Origin: Candidatus Paceibacter sp.
Lineage (GTDB): Bacteria; Patescibacteriota; Minisyncoccia; UBA6257; 02-FULL-45-10c
Assembly (NCBI GenBank): GCA_020724845.1
Contig: DYGE01000001.1
Coordinates: 122,664-186,663, forward strand
Length of the DNA stretch: 64,000 nucleotides
Direction of reading: 5' to 3'
Below, in pieces: positions 28,431 through 38,854 of the stretch (within the stretch, counting starts at the first letter, position 1; each line of letters begins with the position of its first letter). A program made the position numbers and the translations under genes. The notes below the pieces were generated by a model that made no database searches, was not told the DNA's origin, and saw only the letters and a list, made by a program, of their open reading frames with translations.

Positions 28431-30167
28431 TCATTCTACGTCAGCGCGGATACGCTTCACCCCCGCGCCGACGGATTCTTGTTTAGTAATTTTAAATTTG
28501 CCGACCTTCAACGTATTGGTTACATGAGGGCCGCCGCAGAATTCTTTGCTAAAAGCATCATCCAAATTATGGCCGGCATAATATACTTTTACCCGATCAG
28601 GGTATTTTTCTTTGAAGAAGAACAGAGCGCCGGTTTCCTTGGCCTCTTCTAGCGGCATTTCTTTATAGCTCATCAGCAAATCCTTTTGGACAACCTCATT
28701 CACCAAGTCCTCAACTTTCTGCAGTTCTTCCGACGTTAATTTTCGAGGAAAAGAGAAATCAAATCTTAATCTTTCCGCGGTAATGTCCGATCCCATCTGC
28801 TTCACCTCGTCACCAACGACCTTTCTCAAAGCCGCCTGCAAAAGATGGGTAGCGGTATGAAGGCGGGTAACTTTTTCCAGCTCTTCTTGAGTGGAGGCCT
28901 TTAACTCTCCGGTATCTAAAATCAAGCCGTGGCCGCCAAATTTCTTTTCCAAGCCGGCGCGCGAGATTTCCTGGTGTTTCTCAAATTCTTTATCAAAATC
29001 TTCTTTTTTCAACTCCCCCGTCTTATCCGGAACCAATTCTTTCTGAAGCTCAAAGGGCAAGCCGAATGTTTCATAAATATAGAATGCATCTTTGGCTGAA
29101 ATCGCGTCGTATTTTTCTATCTCCTTAACGCCTTGCGCGAGCGCTTTCTCAAATTTGGACTTCTCATCCATCATCACATTTAAAATCTCCCTGTCATTCT
29201 CCATTTCCGGATACCATTTTGCATATTGGTTTTTAATTACCGGAACAGCCAACGCAAAAAGCTCGGCGTGAATGTCATGCTTAATTTCATAGACTAAGAC
29301 TCTGCGAAGCAATCTGCGCAAAATATATCCGGCTTCTTTATTGGAAGGCCGCACGCCATCGGCAATCAAAAATATGGCTGACCGCAAGTGATCCGCAAGC
29401 ACCCTGACAATCCTGTCTTCTAAACCCGGCTTAGCTTCCCGAATAACCGATGCCAGCGGATGAAAAAGATCAGTTTCAAAGACATTGCCAGATCCCTGCA
29501 GCATTACCGCCAACCTTTCCAAGCCCATTCCCGTGTCCACTCCCGGCATTTCTAATTTTTCCAAGGATTTATCGGATCTGCAGTAATACTCGTTAAACAC
29601 CAAATTCCAGATCTCCACTCCATCTACATAGATCTCCGTAGTCGGACCGCAAGGCCCTTCATTTCCAGTCGGGCCCCAAAAATTATCCTCTCTCCCATGC
29701 TTTTTGATATTCTCCTCCGGCAAACCGACTTCTTTATGCCAAATATCATATGATTCCTTATCAAAAGGCACTTCCTCGTCTCCGCCAAAGACAGTCACAT
29801 AGATCCTATCCCTGCTTAACCCAAGGATATTCACGACAAAATCGTAGGCCCAATTTATCGCCTTTCTTTTGAAATACCCGCCGAAAGAAAAATTGCCCAG
29901 CATTTCAAAAAATGTCAGGTGAGTTTTATCGCCCACCTCGTCTATGTCGGAAGTCCTAAAACACTTCTGGACGGAAGCAGTATTCCTGCTCCCAAACTCT
30001 TTCATCGGATCGGCTTTTCCTATGTAATACGGTTTGAATTGCTGCATGCCGGCGGTAGTCAAAAGCACCGACGGGTCATCGGGAATTAATGACGAGGACT
30101 TGACCACTGCGTGCCCCCGCTCTTCAAAAAATTGCAGAAATTTTTTGCGAATTTCACTGGATTCCAT
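28431..30167 (-). CDS. alaS: Alanine--tRNA ligase (short, no C-Ala domain)
   Basis: TTAGMQQFK, HLTFFEMLGNFSFG, DTGMGLERL, HTATH and FCGGPH editing motifs. Confidence 0.97.
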   Translation of the reverse strand: MESSEIRKKFLQFFEERGHAVVKSSSLIPDDPSVLLTTAGMQQFKPYYIGKADPMKEFGSRNTASVQKCFRTSDIDEVGDKTHLTFFEMLGNFSFGGYFKRKAINWAYDFVVNILGLSRDRIYVTVFGGDEEVPFDKESYDIWHKEVGLPEENIKKHGREDNFWGPTGNEGPCGPTTEIYVDGVEIWNLVFNEYYCRSDKSLEKLEMPGVDTGMGLERLAVMLQGSGNVFETDLFHPLASVIREAKPGLEDRIVRVLADHLRSAIFLIADGVRPSNKEAGYILRRLLRRVLVYEIKHDIHAELFALAVPVIKNQYAKWYPEMENDREILNVMMDEKSKFEKALAQGVKEIEKYDAISAKDAFYIYETFGLPFELQKELVPDKTGELKKEDFDKEFEKHQEISRAGLEKKFGGHGLILDTGELKASTQEELEKVTRLHTATHLLQAALRKVVGDEVKQMGSDITAERLRFDFSFPRKLTSEELQKVEDLVNEVVQKDLLMSYKEMPLEEAKETGALFFFKEKYPDRVKVYYAGHNLDDAFSKEFCGGPHVTNTLKVGKFKITKQESVGAGVKRIRADVE

Positions 30168-30276
30168 AGACAAAATTTTATCATGAAATTCGCAAACCAG
30201 GAAGTGAAAATTTTGATTATCGAATTTCTACTTCCTGAAAACAAAAAGGCGCATACGCAGCGCCCTTATTTAAGGT

Positions 30277-31077
30277 TTACGGCCCAACACTTATGGACCA
30301 ATTATAAAAGCCTTTTATGTGATATATCCCGCCTCTAGCAAAATGGAAATGTATAGATTTCGCAGTTCTTGAGCGTAAATCTAATTCAGATAACAACTTT
30401 CTGTTTCTCCTAAAAAGATCTCTAATTTCAATTACTTTTTCTTTTCTCTTAGTTGTGCCAAGGCCGCCTTCATACTCGATCCTAAAGATTATATCGCCCT
30501 CTTGAAATCCTGCCTTATGCGCAAAACTCTCCGGAACCACATGATTCACAACAGCCTCTCCGCTCAAATTAGTAACTTCCAAATCGGAAGCTGCCAGTTT
30601 CGCGACCTCGTCGTTGGAAATATACTTAGTTCCCGAAAGGCCAGTGATTTTATCAATCACCTCCACAGTGATAAATTCATGCTCCTTATAATACGAGCAT
30701 TGATTTCCGGTTGTGGATTTATGAAAAATCTGCAGGACCTCTTCGGGCGTCTTATGCAAAGCAGATTCAAATGTAACTTCGCCAGAACCGCCGCCTTTCG
30801 ACCAACAGCTAACAGAAATCGCCAGGATAAGGTCTCCGCTCCGTAGCGGAGCAGAACCTATTCCGGTATGTTTTTCTCGCAGGGTGGCATCCTTTGATGA
30901 ATATTTAATCGCAGGAACTAGTTTAGGAGACGAAGATGCATCTACCAAGCTCATGCCATAATCATAATAGAAAAGCAAATACGGCCTGTCCGCGAACTGG
31001 GCAGATGCTTGATTCGTAAAAAACAACACCGCGACTGCTAGGATTATCTCTCTCACCACACACCTCTCAAAGGACAA
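30277..31077 (-). CDS. Secreted PDZ-like hypothetical protein
   Basis: Signal-like N-terminus (ASA), VVPESFAHKAGFQEGDII; start uncertain. Confidence 0.65.
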   Translation of the reverse strand: MSFERCVVREIILAVAVLFFTNQASAQFADRPYLLFYYDYGMSLVDASSSPKLVPAIKYSSKDATLREKHTGIGSAPLRSGDLILAISVSCWSKGGGSGEVTFESALHKTPEEVLQIFHKSTTGNQCSYYKEHEFITVEVIDKITGLSGTKYISNDEVAKLAASDLEVTNLSGEAVVNHVVPESFAHKAGFQEGDIIFRIEYEGGLGTTKRKEKVIEIRDLFRRNRKLLSELDLRSRTAKSIHFHFARGGIYHIKGFYNWSISVGP

Positions 31078-31188
31078 CTTCCGTCAAATTTCTCTGACCA
31101 CCATAATATACAGCTAATATATCACTATGTCAATAAAAAGCGCCCACATCGGGGTTTTTCCATTTTTCCGTTGCTAGCCAAATATTCT

Positions 31189-32742
31189 TTATTTCAAAAC
31201 TCTCTGAATTAGGGGGCGAGCCGCTTTTTCCCGGTCAAATTTTTCTTTGAGCTCCGCAATAAGCCCATTCAGTTCCAATTCCAACTGCCAAAGCAATACT
31301 TTGGAATTCCTCAAAACAGGCATAATCTTGTCTATCCCAGCCTCTTCCGCCGCCAAGTCCGAAAGCTCCACCAATACCCGCTCCGAAAGAGCCAGTAACT
31401 CAAAGAGGCGCTGGTTACTTTCTTGATTAAGACTATTATCGGCCGCTTGACTGAATAACGAATCGTATTTATTCCTAAGCTCTCCCATTTCGTAACTCAA
31501 ATTGTCCGTAAAAGAAATTCGATTAAGGGAATTCTTAGCCGCGGCAGCCGCCACGCTGGCTTGCCCGAAAGAAGAAGCATATTGTCCGATGGCAAAAGAT
31601 TCTTCCGCCTGCTCCAAGTTAAATTCCGCGTTTGCCAAAAGCTCATTTAAAGATTTGCTTCGCAAATTTTCTTTTTGGATTTTGTTCTCTAAAAATTCGG
31701 CGGTTTTTGAAGCTCTCGCCAGCATGTGTTCCGCCTCTGTTTTGCCTATTTTCCTAGAATTCTCTGAAAGCTCTAAAAGAAGCTGTCTTACCAAACTGAA
31801 GTCATTTTTTAATTCCTGATCGGTAAAATACTCGCGGCTTTCATCCATAACCCTAATCCTCGCGGAAGAATCCCCCGGCAGGCGCTCTAACAAAGCTGGC
31901 AAAACAGAATTAAGTTCACTAATAACTATCCTGGCTTGAGTTTCCAATAACAGATCTTCCTTGGATTGCAGGAGCAGCTCGCTTAGCCATTCATTTAATG
32001 GAAGCGACCCTTCCCAGCTATCTAATATTTCAGCAGATCTTAACGCCTTAAAAGCTCCGCCAGGCTGATTCGCTAACACGGAAGCAAAACGGATTCTGGA
32101 GCTTTCCTGGTTGTCTAGCTTAATTAAAGCGCTGGTAACAACCGCCCCGAGCTTCTTTTCTAAAGAGCTAAGCTTTCGGCTTCCTGCCGGATCGTTATCC
32201 GGCTCCAACTGATCAAATAACTTACTATGCTTCAATCCGGCATCCAGCAGGCGATTTAATAAATCGCTAAGGCCTGCGTTTCTGTCATCTCTTTCAATTC
32301 GCGCCAAATAATATCCGAGGTTATCCAGGGTGGCTTCATATGCATCAAGCGCCGAGACTAGGACCTCGCTATTATCCGGAATAATCTCTTCTAATCGCTT
32401 TAATTCCGCCGCCTTTTCATTTAAAGTATTAAGTTCAAATTCCGCTTTCTCCACGGCATTAAATTTAAAAGCGCGCAGAGTAGTCCTGCGAAACTGCTTC
32501 ATAAAATAAAACGGATTGGTGTTCAATATCCCAGGGTTAATCACTCCTAAGTCTTCCAAATCCACAGCCTCTTCTTCTATCAACCTTAGAACCAGGCTAT
32601 TTTGGACCTCCTGGGCGTTAGCAATCGGGCTTCCAAACATGGCTGGATTTAAAGCGGCGCTAGCCATCAGAGGCGCTGAAACCAAGCCGAAAACGGCTGT
32701 TAAAATAGATATTTTATTGCGTTTACCCATGAATTTCGGCAA
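31189..32742 (-). CDS. Secreted helical protein (DUF5667-like)
   Basis: Signal peptide, PGILNTNPFYFMK motif typical of CPR DUF5667. Confidence 0.75.
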   Translation of the reverse strand: MPKFMGKRNKISILTAVFGLVSAPLMASAALNPAMFGSPIANAQEVQNSLVLRLIEEEAVDLEDLGVINPGILNTNPFYFMKQFRRTTLRAFKFNAVEKAEFELNTLNEKAAELKRLEEIIPDNSEVLVSALDAYEATLDNLGYYLARIERDDRNAGLSDLLNRLLDAGLKHSKLFDQLEPDNDPAGSRKLSSLEKKLGAVVTSALIKLDNQESSRIRFASVLANQPGGAFKALRSAEILDSWEGSLPLNEWLSELLLQSKEDLLLETQARIVISELNSVLPALLERLPGDSSARIRVMDESREYFTDQELKNDFSLVRQLLLELSENSRKIGKTEAEHMLARASKTAEFLENKIQKENLRSKSLNELLANAEFNLEQAEESFAIGQYASSFGQASVAAAAAKNSLNRISFTDNLSYEMGELRNKYDSLFSQAADNSLNQESNQRLFELLALSERVLVELSDLAAEEAGIDKIMPVLRNSKVLLWQLELELNGLIAELKEKFDREKAARPLIQRVLK

Positions 32743-32856
32743 TTAAGCCAATAAAAAAAGCCTATTCAAATAAGCTTTCAGATATAGTTTCACGATAAAA
32801 ATGACCTTATTTACTTAAGGTCATTATACCATATCGACTCCCAAAAGTCACCTCTT

Positions 32857-34104
32857 CTAGTAACCCTCTATCGTGTGGGATTTGCCATGCTGGCGAATAC
32901 GACTCAATGCTTTAGCTTCAATTTGCCTGATGCGCTCGCGAGTGACCGCAAATTCTTTGCCTACTTCTTCAAGGGTATGAGTAATACCGTCTTCCAGGCC
33001 GAAGCGCATTTGTAGAATCTTCTGCTCTCTTGGAGTCAGGTCAACCAAGATTTCTTTAATTCTTTCCCTAAGCAAGGTTTGAGAAGCGATCTGGGACGGC
33101 GTTAAGCTGTGAGTATCTTCAATAAATTCAGACAAAGACGACTCGTCATCCTCCTCGCCGACAGGCGCTTCCAAAGAAACCACTTCTTGCGAAATCTTTT
33201 GGATATGATGGACCTTTTCGACCGGAATACTCATTTCAATCGCTATTTCCTCTGGAAGAGGGTCGCGGCCAAGTTCCTGAATAAGGTGCCGCTTCGCTTG
33301 CGTGTATTTTGAGATAGTTTCCACCATATGCACCGGGATGCGAATAGTTCTGGACTGATCAGCCAAAGCGCGGGTAATCGCCTGCCTGATCCACCAAGTT
33401 GCGTAAGTTGAGAATTTAAAGCCGCGGCGATAGTCAAATTTAGATACCGCTCTAGCCAAGCCAATATTGCCTTCCTGAATAAGGTCCAAAATGCCCAAGT
33501 GCGGACTTCGGTTCACATAACGCTTCGCGATTGAAACTACTAAACGCAAATTAGCTTTTATGAATCTCTGCCTGGCCTCCTTATCCCCTTTCTCTATTCT
33601 CTTGGCCAATTCTCGCTCTTCTTCCGTTGTGAGAAGGTCGGTACGGCCTATTTCTTTAAGATAAGTCTGCACCGAATCGGGTAATTCCGCGCCCCCTCGG
33701 TCAACTTCCTCCAATTCCTTCTTGCTGATCTCATCTTTCGGCAATTCAATCAACTGACTAGTCTCCACAACCTTAATATTGGCAGTTTCCAGCTGGGTAT
33801 AGATCTCTTCCAAGAAAGCCACGTCGTCTTCAACGCGCGGGAAATAGTGGAGCACCTCGGTATCCGTTACAAATCCTCGGCTGCGGCCCCTGTCAATAAG
33901 CTCTTCAAGATTCTGTTCATCAGTCCCGGATTTTTTCGCTGGCCTTGCTGCCTTTTTCGGCTCTTTCGCCCCGCCCTTTCTGGCCTTTTTTCTAGCAGAC
34001 GCCTTCTTACCCTTTTTAAGAGGCTTTTTCTTGGCTTTAGGCTTCACCGCCTTCCTTTTTGCCTTAGAGCGCTTAGATTTTTTTAACTTATTTTTTTTCA
34101 TCAT
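32857..34104 (-). CDS. rpoD: Primary sigma factor RpoD with Lys-rich N-terminal extension
   Basis: [44 protein letters not shown]. Confidence 0.97.
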   Translation of the reverse strand: MMKKNKLKKSKRSKAKRKAVKPKAKKKPLKKGKKASARKKARKGGAKEPKKAARPAKKSGTDEQNLEELIDRGRSRGFVTDTEVLHYFPRVEDDVAFLEEIYTQLETANIKVVETSQLIELPKDEISKKELEEVDRGGAELPDSVQTYLKEIGRTDLLTTEEERELAKRIEKGDKEARQRFIKANLRLVVSIAKRYVNRSPHLGILDLIQEGNIGLARAVSKFDYRRGFKFSTYATWWIRQAITRALADQSRTIRIPVHMVETISKYTQAKRHLIQELGRDPLPEEIAIEMSIPVEKVHHIQKISQEVVSLEAPVGEEDDESSLSEFIEDTHSLTPSQIASQTLLRERIKEILVDLTPREQKILQMRFGLEDGITHTLEEVGKEFAVTRERIRQIEAKALSRIRQHGKSHTIEGY

Positions 34105-34237
34105 AAATTTTAAGCCTTCCTATATTAGTTCCTACTATTAGAATATCCGCGCTTAATTCGTATATTCGGAAAGTCTACTTGCTTAATTTTGATTCCTTTC
34201 AGTGGAAAAAGCAATACTTGGCCTAGAACGCGCCTTC

Positions 34238-35977
34238 CTATCGTAAGGCATTTAACTCGCTTGAAAGGGCGGCGTATTCCTCCATGGCTTCTTGGAGGCC
34301 CTGATCGCTCCCTGACTGCTCCAGACGGTGGATTAACTCGCTTACTTCTTGCCGCCTTTCCTTTAAATATTCAACTTTCAATTCCCGCAGTAGGTTTTGC
34401 ATCTCTTTCTTTAAAGTCTCCGCCTCAAAATCCTGGTTTTCCAAGCTAAACTTCAAGCTAATCGTGTTCATAATCTCCCGAAGCTCGTCTTTGGTCTCAT
34501 TCGCATCGCTGACTAGGCTCTCATAAACCCGGAGATGTTCTTTCGGGAAGTACCGCAAGCTCTCCTCTAGCAAGCGCAAGTCATCTTTAAGATGCATCAT
34601 TACGCCTAGAAGCCTTTCGGAAAGCAATTCCCTTCTGGAAAGCTTTCTGGAGTCGGACTGGCTGGCAGCGGCATCCAACTGTCTCTCTAGCGCATTAACC
34701 CCCTTAAGCATTTCCATCTCTTCCGCTAAAATACTTTCCTCTATCCTGACAATAGCTGACAACTCCTTTAGCCAATGGTTTCTGTCAATCGGACTGGCTA
34801 AGCGTTTTATCTTTGAAAGAACAATACGGAGGTTTTTCTTTTTTGATTTAACGTCCGCAGGCGCGTTCTTTGCGTATTTATGGAAATAATATTCCATTGC
34901 TGATTTCGCTTGCTCCGCCAAAGACTTTATTATCCCGGGTTTCTTCTTGACCACATCAGCCGGATCCTTTAAATCCTTATCGTCAATAGTCAAAAGCCGA
35001 ACAGCGAAATCGTGCGCGCCGGCAAGGTCAATCGCGCGCTCAGCCGCTAACTCTCCCGCCTCGTCAGCATCAAAACTCAAAACCAGCTCATCTGCCAATC
35101 TGCGCAAAGCTTGCAGATGATCTTCGGTAAGCGAGGTGCCGGAGGTAGCGATAACGTTCTTAATGCCGTCTTGCCAAACCATCAAAAAATCCATCTGGCC
35201 CTCCACCAGTACCGCGGTTTTAGTTTCCCTGATCTCATTTTTAGTCTTGTAAAATCCGTATAATATTTTTGATTTTTGGAAAATGGGGGTTTCCGGGCTG
35301 TTAACATACTTGCCGACATTAGGATTGTCCGCGCCCGGAAGAATCCTGCCGGTAAAAGCGACTACTTTGCCGAAATGGTTATGAATAGGAAACATCAGGC
35401 GGGAACGAAAACGATCCCAATAAGTGCCCCTTTCGGTTTTGATGGTCAGTCCGGCTTTTTCTATATCCAGGATATTATATCCGAGCTTGAGCAAATGCCT
35501 GGTTAAAGCGTCAGAAACGCCAGGCGCCAAACCAAGTTCAAATTCTTGGACTGTTTCCAGCTTCAGCCCGCGCTCCCTTAAATAAGCATTAACTTCCTGG
35601 GACTTGTCCAAACTCGCTTTAAAGAAATTCTTCGCCTCTTCCATTATTTTATAAAGCGAATTATAGGACTGAAAATCCCGGTTGGCGCCGCCTTTCAGCT
35701 CTACCCCGGCTTTCTCCGCTAGAATTTTAAGGGCGTCATAGAACTCAATATTTTCATATTTCATTAAGAATTTAATAATGTCTCCGCCCTCGCCGCAAGA
35801 ACCAAAACAATGCCAGGATTGCCGCTCTGGAGACACTATGAAAGAAGGAGTTTTTTCCCTATGGAACGGGCAAAGGGCTTTGAAATTTTTGCCAGCTGGT
35901 TTCAGTTCCAGGTATTGTTTTAGAAAATCAACGATATCCAGCTTTTCTTTTATAATTTGAGCAGTGTCGGATGACAT
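34238..35977 (-). CDS. dnaG: DNA primase
   Basis: CPFHREKTPSF zinc finger, KYVNSPET, EGQMD, FDAD TOPRIM. Confidence 0.97.
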   Translation of the reverse strand: MSSDTAQIIKEKLDIVDFLKQYLELKPAGKNFKALCPFHREKTPSFIVSPERQSWHCFGSCGEGGDIIKFLMKYENIEFYDALKILAEKAGVELKGGANRDFQSYNSLYKIMEEAKNFFKASLDKSQEVNAYLRERGLKLETVQEFELGLAPGVSDALTRHLLKLGYNILDIEKAGLTIKTERGTYWDRFRSRLMFPIHNHFGKVVAFTGRILPGADNPNVGKYVNSPETPIFQKSKILYGFYKTKNEIRETKTAVLVEGQMDFLMVWQDGIKNVIATSGTSLTEDHLQALRRLADELVLSFDADEAGELAAERAIDLAGAHDFAVRLLTIDDKDLKDPADVVKKKPGIIKSLAEQAKSAMEYYFHKYAKNAPADVKSKKKNLRIVLSKIKRLASPIDRNHWLKELSAIVRIEESILAEEMEMLKGVNALERQLDAAASQSDSRKLSRRELLSERLLGVMMHLKDDLRLLEESLRYFPKEHLRVYESLVSDANETKDELREIMNTISLKFSLENQDFEAETLKKEMQNLLRELKVEYLKERRQEVSELIHRLEQSGSDQGLQEAMEEYAALSSELNALR

Positions 35978-36019
35978 ACCAGAATTTTAATCCAAATTTT
36001 GGCTAATTAAAAGACTTGG

Positions 36020-36082
36020 CCCCACACATAACCGGAGTTAGCACTAAGTACGCAAACTTTACCGCTCTGGTTATGTGTGGGG
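36020..36082. repeat. Palindromic miniature element, family CCCCACACATAAC, copy B
   Basis: ccccacacataacc/ggttatgtgtgggg; directly followed by TTGACA-17-TAAGAT of rpmB. Confidence 0.85.
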
Positions 36083-36123
36083 TTGACATAGACAGTTTTC
36101 AACTATAAGATAAAAGCTAACTT

Positions 36124-36312
36124 ATGAAACAGTGCGCGATGTGCGCCAAAAGCTATTTGAGCGGCGGAACCCGCAAATTGCTTCGCGGCCACTACAATCC
36201 AACTAATCAGACTAGAAAACAACCTAATCTCCAATGGGCAAACAACCCGGATGGACCAGGGCGAATTAAAGTCTGCGTAAAATGCAAAAGGAAACTAAAA
36301 AAATCGGCCTAA
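36124..36312 (+). CDS. rpmB: 50S ribosomal protein L28
   Basis: CxxC...RKQPNLQ...IKVCVKC. Confidence 0.88.
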   Translation: MKQCAMCAKSYLSGGTRKLLRGHYNPTNQTRKQPNLQWANNPDGPGRIKVCVKCKRKLKKSA

Positions 36313-36374
36313 AAGCCGGTTTTTTTATCAACAAAAAGGGCTCCGCGTGATGATAATCACGGGAGCCCAATGCG

Positions 36375-37295
36375 CTAAGCGCCGCTCTTTCTAATACCCA
36401 CGCATTCCAGAAAACTGTAATCCCTTGTATGGTAAGCCGTAAACCATTGGCGGCTGACTTCCTGAAATCCGGCCACCTTGAGTTCTTCTTCGATCCCTCT
36501 GAGGTGGGCGGCGCCCCAAATAGTAACGACATGACCGTTGGCCAGATGTTTCTTAATGCCGCGAACTGCCACTTCATTTCTCACATCAAGAATGAGCGCT
36601 TCAGTCAACCTCTTCTTTTTGGAAAAGGAAGCCAATGCCTTGAAAAGAACAGAGAAAGCAGGGAGTTGACTGAACAGCTTGTTGATTATCCATCTCAAAA
36701 ACAGCTGAGCGGATTTATCCCGCGACAGGTCAACAGCTGCCAGAGCCGCCTGCTCCTCTTTCTTAATAAGAAAAAGATCATGCTCCGCAAAGGCCTTAAT
36801 AAGCTGAGACATTCTTAAATCTGTATTAATCCAGGCAGGATCGTAGGATAGGCCCTTCTTCTGGTGCTGCAAACCCATCACGTCACAAACCCGCTCAAGA
36901 TACTTAAACAGCAGGCTGCAGCCCCCTGCTACGGCACGCTCTTTTTTAGTTAGGCCGGCTTCCTCTTCAGCAGATAATTTCTCAACCCTTTCAAAAAGAA
37001 CCGTGTATCCGGGGAGAGAATCAATCAACTGCTGAAGCTTCCGATAGTACTCCTGCTCTGCCATATGTATGACAGCAACAAATACTACTCTCCGCTTGGT
37101 CACTGGATGTTCATAGAAAATCGCTGGAGTTTCCAGCTTCCCGTCAACAGTACGAATTCCGTTGACGCCAACGGTATTCACCATCCAAACGAACAGGCGC
37201 CACAAAGGATAGAGCAGCGCCAAACCGCTTAGCATCGCCGCAGATTTCAGCAACGACCACAACGAGCTTATCACGCCCATCTTCTTGCTTCCCAC
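36375..37295 (-). CDS. Hypothetical membrane-anchored protein (TraB-like fold possible)
   Basis: AVIHMA..YY, LFE, RNE, WGAAH motifs; AAGGAGG SD. Confidence 0.7.
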   Translation of the reverse strand: MGSKKMGVISSLWSLLKSAAMLSGLALLYPLWRLFVWMVNTVGVNGIRTVDGKLETPAIFYEHPVTKRRVVFVAVIHMAEQEYYRKLQQLIDSLPGYTVLFERVEKLSAEEEAGLTKKERAVAGGCSLLFKYLERVCDVMGLQHQKKGLSYDPAWINTDLRMSQLIKAFAEHDLFLIKKEEQAALAAVDLSRDKSAQLFLRWIINKLFSQLPAFSVLFKALASFSKKKRLTEALILDVRNEVAVRGIKKHLANGHVVTIWGAAHLRGIEEELKVAGFQEVSRQWFTAYHTRDYSFLECVGIRKSGA

Positions 37296-37412
37296 CTAGT
37301 CCTCCTTTATGCTGATTTTGTCATAGAACTGTTAATGAATATAATAACAAATATAATAAAATATGTCAAGTTCAACTAAAAACCCGCCTAAAAACTGGCG
37401 GGTTTCAATATG

Positions 37413-37483
37413 TCGGGCTGCTGGGAATCGAACCCAGACTAAATCCACCCCATGGACTCGTACTACCACTATACTACAGCCCG
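37413..37483 (-). tRNA. tRNA-Pro(GGG), CCA not encoded
   Basis: CGGGCTG acceptor stem, AGTCC-ATGGGGT-GGATT anticodon arm, CTGGG-TTCGATT-CCCAG T arm. Confidence 0.95.
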
Positions 37484-37580
37484 AAAAATTTCTAACGGGA
37501 CCAGTGCGCGTAAGCTGCCACTACCCCATACTCCGATATCCAATAACTTAATATAAACCGAAGCATGCGATACCGCAACA

Positions 37581-37603
37581 AAAAATCCGCCAGCTGGCGG
37601 ATT
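37581..37603 (-). terminator. Terminator formed by the TCCGCCAGCTGGCGGA palindrome
   Basis: Palindrome at 37586-37601 immediately after the stop of 37602-38579, followed by a U-tract on minus. Confidence 0.7.
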
Positions 37604-38579
37604 ACTTCAACAGAGGAACAATCGCGTCAAACACCTTTTGCCTGTCAGCTTCACTACGATCCAGCACTATTCGCGTATGAGGAATGTGCTTATGCGTGTC
37701 AGCAAGTATAAAATTCTTCGCATCATCCAGAATGACCTTTTGCTTCGCCGAGTCGACTATCCCGCGCTGCCTCATATTCTTTAGAAGCACCGCTTCGGAT
37801 GCAGGAATCAGATTAATGAAAACAACGTTTATCTCCAGCCGGCATTCGTACAGGGCTTGCGCTCCGCTAGGAGTCATAGCGCAGATCGCGTTCTTAGTTT
37901 TCAGGACTCTTTTTATCTCATCCAGAGAAGAGCCGTAATAATCTCCGTACTTATGCACGCTCTCCAAGAACCGGCAACTCTTCTTCGCCGCCTCAAATTG
38001 CTCCTTGGTAACATGATGATAGTATTTCTTGTCATTTTCGTCGCGCGGACCGCGAGTCGTGAACGTTTTTACTCTAGCAAGCTTGTTCGCGAAATGCTTC
38101 ATAAGCTCTTCTATCCAATGAGTCTTCCCGCCGGCGCGATTGGCGACTAATACGGCCAGGGTATGAGAGCCGCGCAATTCCCGGAAGGGATCCCCTAAAA
38201 CTTTAGACCACTTTTCGTGATTTTCTCCCCAGAGAGGATCAAACTGCGGGAAAACCCTAATCCTCTTTTCCGGATCCCAGTCCAAACGATCCCAAACTTC
38301 TTTATAAACCCCCTCGGAGGCGCCGTAAACGCGAGTCCCGCCGGGAGCTAAGCGCTGTAAACCAAAGGTAAAAAACTGAATGGTATCTTCCCTGCCAACC
38401 GGACCGCCCTCAAAATCCTCGTATGGGCCGGCGGCAAAAGTCTGTATTGGAGCAAATCCGGCTTGCCTAGTATGCTCGGCAAATTCGTGGAAGCGATCTT
38501 GCATAGTTCGCCTAGACGGAGCGGCAATATAAACAATCGCCTCCTTTCCCCGAACCGGCTTCAGCATTTCCGCGACCAT
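37602..38579 (-). CDS. Fusion: NDT/DUF4406-like N-terminal domain plus guanylate kinase-like domain
   Basis: N-term VYIAAP...SEGVYKE; C-term GGKT, TTRGPR, YHHVTKEQF, YGDYYG. Confidence 0.75.
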   Translation of the reverse strand: MVAEMLKPVRGKEAIVYIAAPSRRTMQDRFHEFAEHTRQAGFAPIQTFAAGPYEDFEGGPVGREDTIQFFTFGLQRLAPGGTRVYGASEGVYKEVWDRLDWDPEKRIRVFPQFDPLWGENHEKWSKVLGDPFRELRGSHTLAVLVANRAGGKTHWIEELMKHFANKLARVKTFTTRGPRDENDKKYYHHVTKEQFEAAKKSCRFLESVHKYGDYYGSSLDEIKRVLKTKNAICAMTPSGAQALYECRLEINVVFINLIPASEAVLLKNMRQRGIVDSAKQKVILDDAKNFILADTHKHIPHTRIVLDRSEADRQKVFDAIVPLLK

Positions 38580-38640
38580 ATTTCCTCCTGTCTACGAGCT
38601 ATTTTTAAAATACACCAACCCCGACAAACTTTCAAATTAA

Positions 38641-38757
38641 AACCCCGCCCTATCGTTCCCTGCATTGAAACAGGTGGGTGGGCTCATCATTAACGCCACG
38701 GCGCTAAGAAATTTGCCCTCCCTTTATAAACGACTTGTCAGGAAAATGGGCGGGATT
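38641..38757 (-). ncRNA. Putative 6S-like hairpin RNA with central bubble
   Basis: Four nested helices, three of them with G-U pairs only on minus; U-run at the 3' end. Confidence 0.5.
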
Positions 38758-38854
38758 CACTATTAAAATAACATATTCCCGAGGCGCAAGCTACCTTGCG
38801 AAGTGCATAACTTTTGGCCTATATTAAAGTAAATTGTTCTTTAAATGAGGCAGA

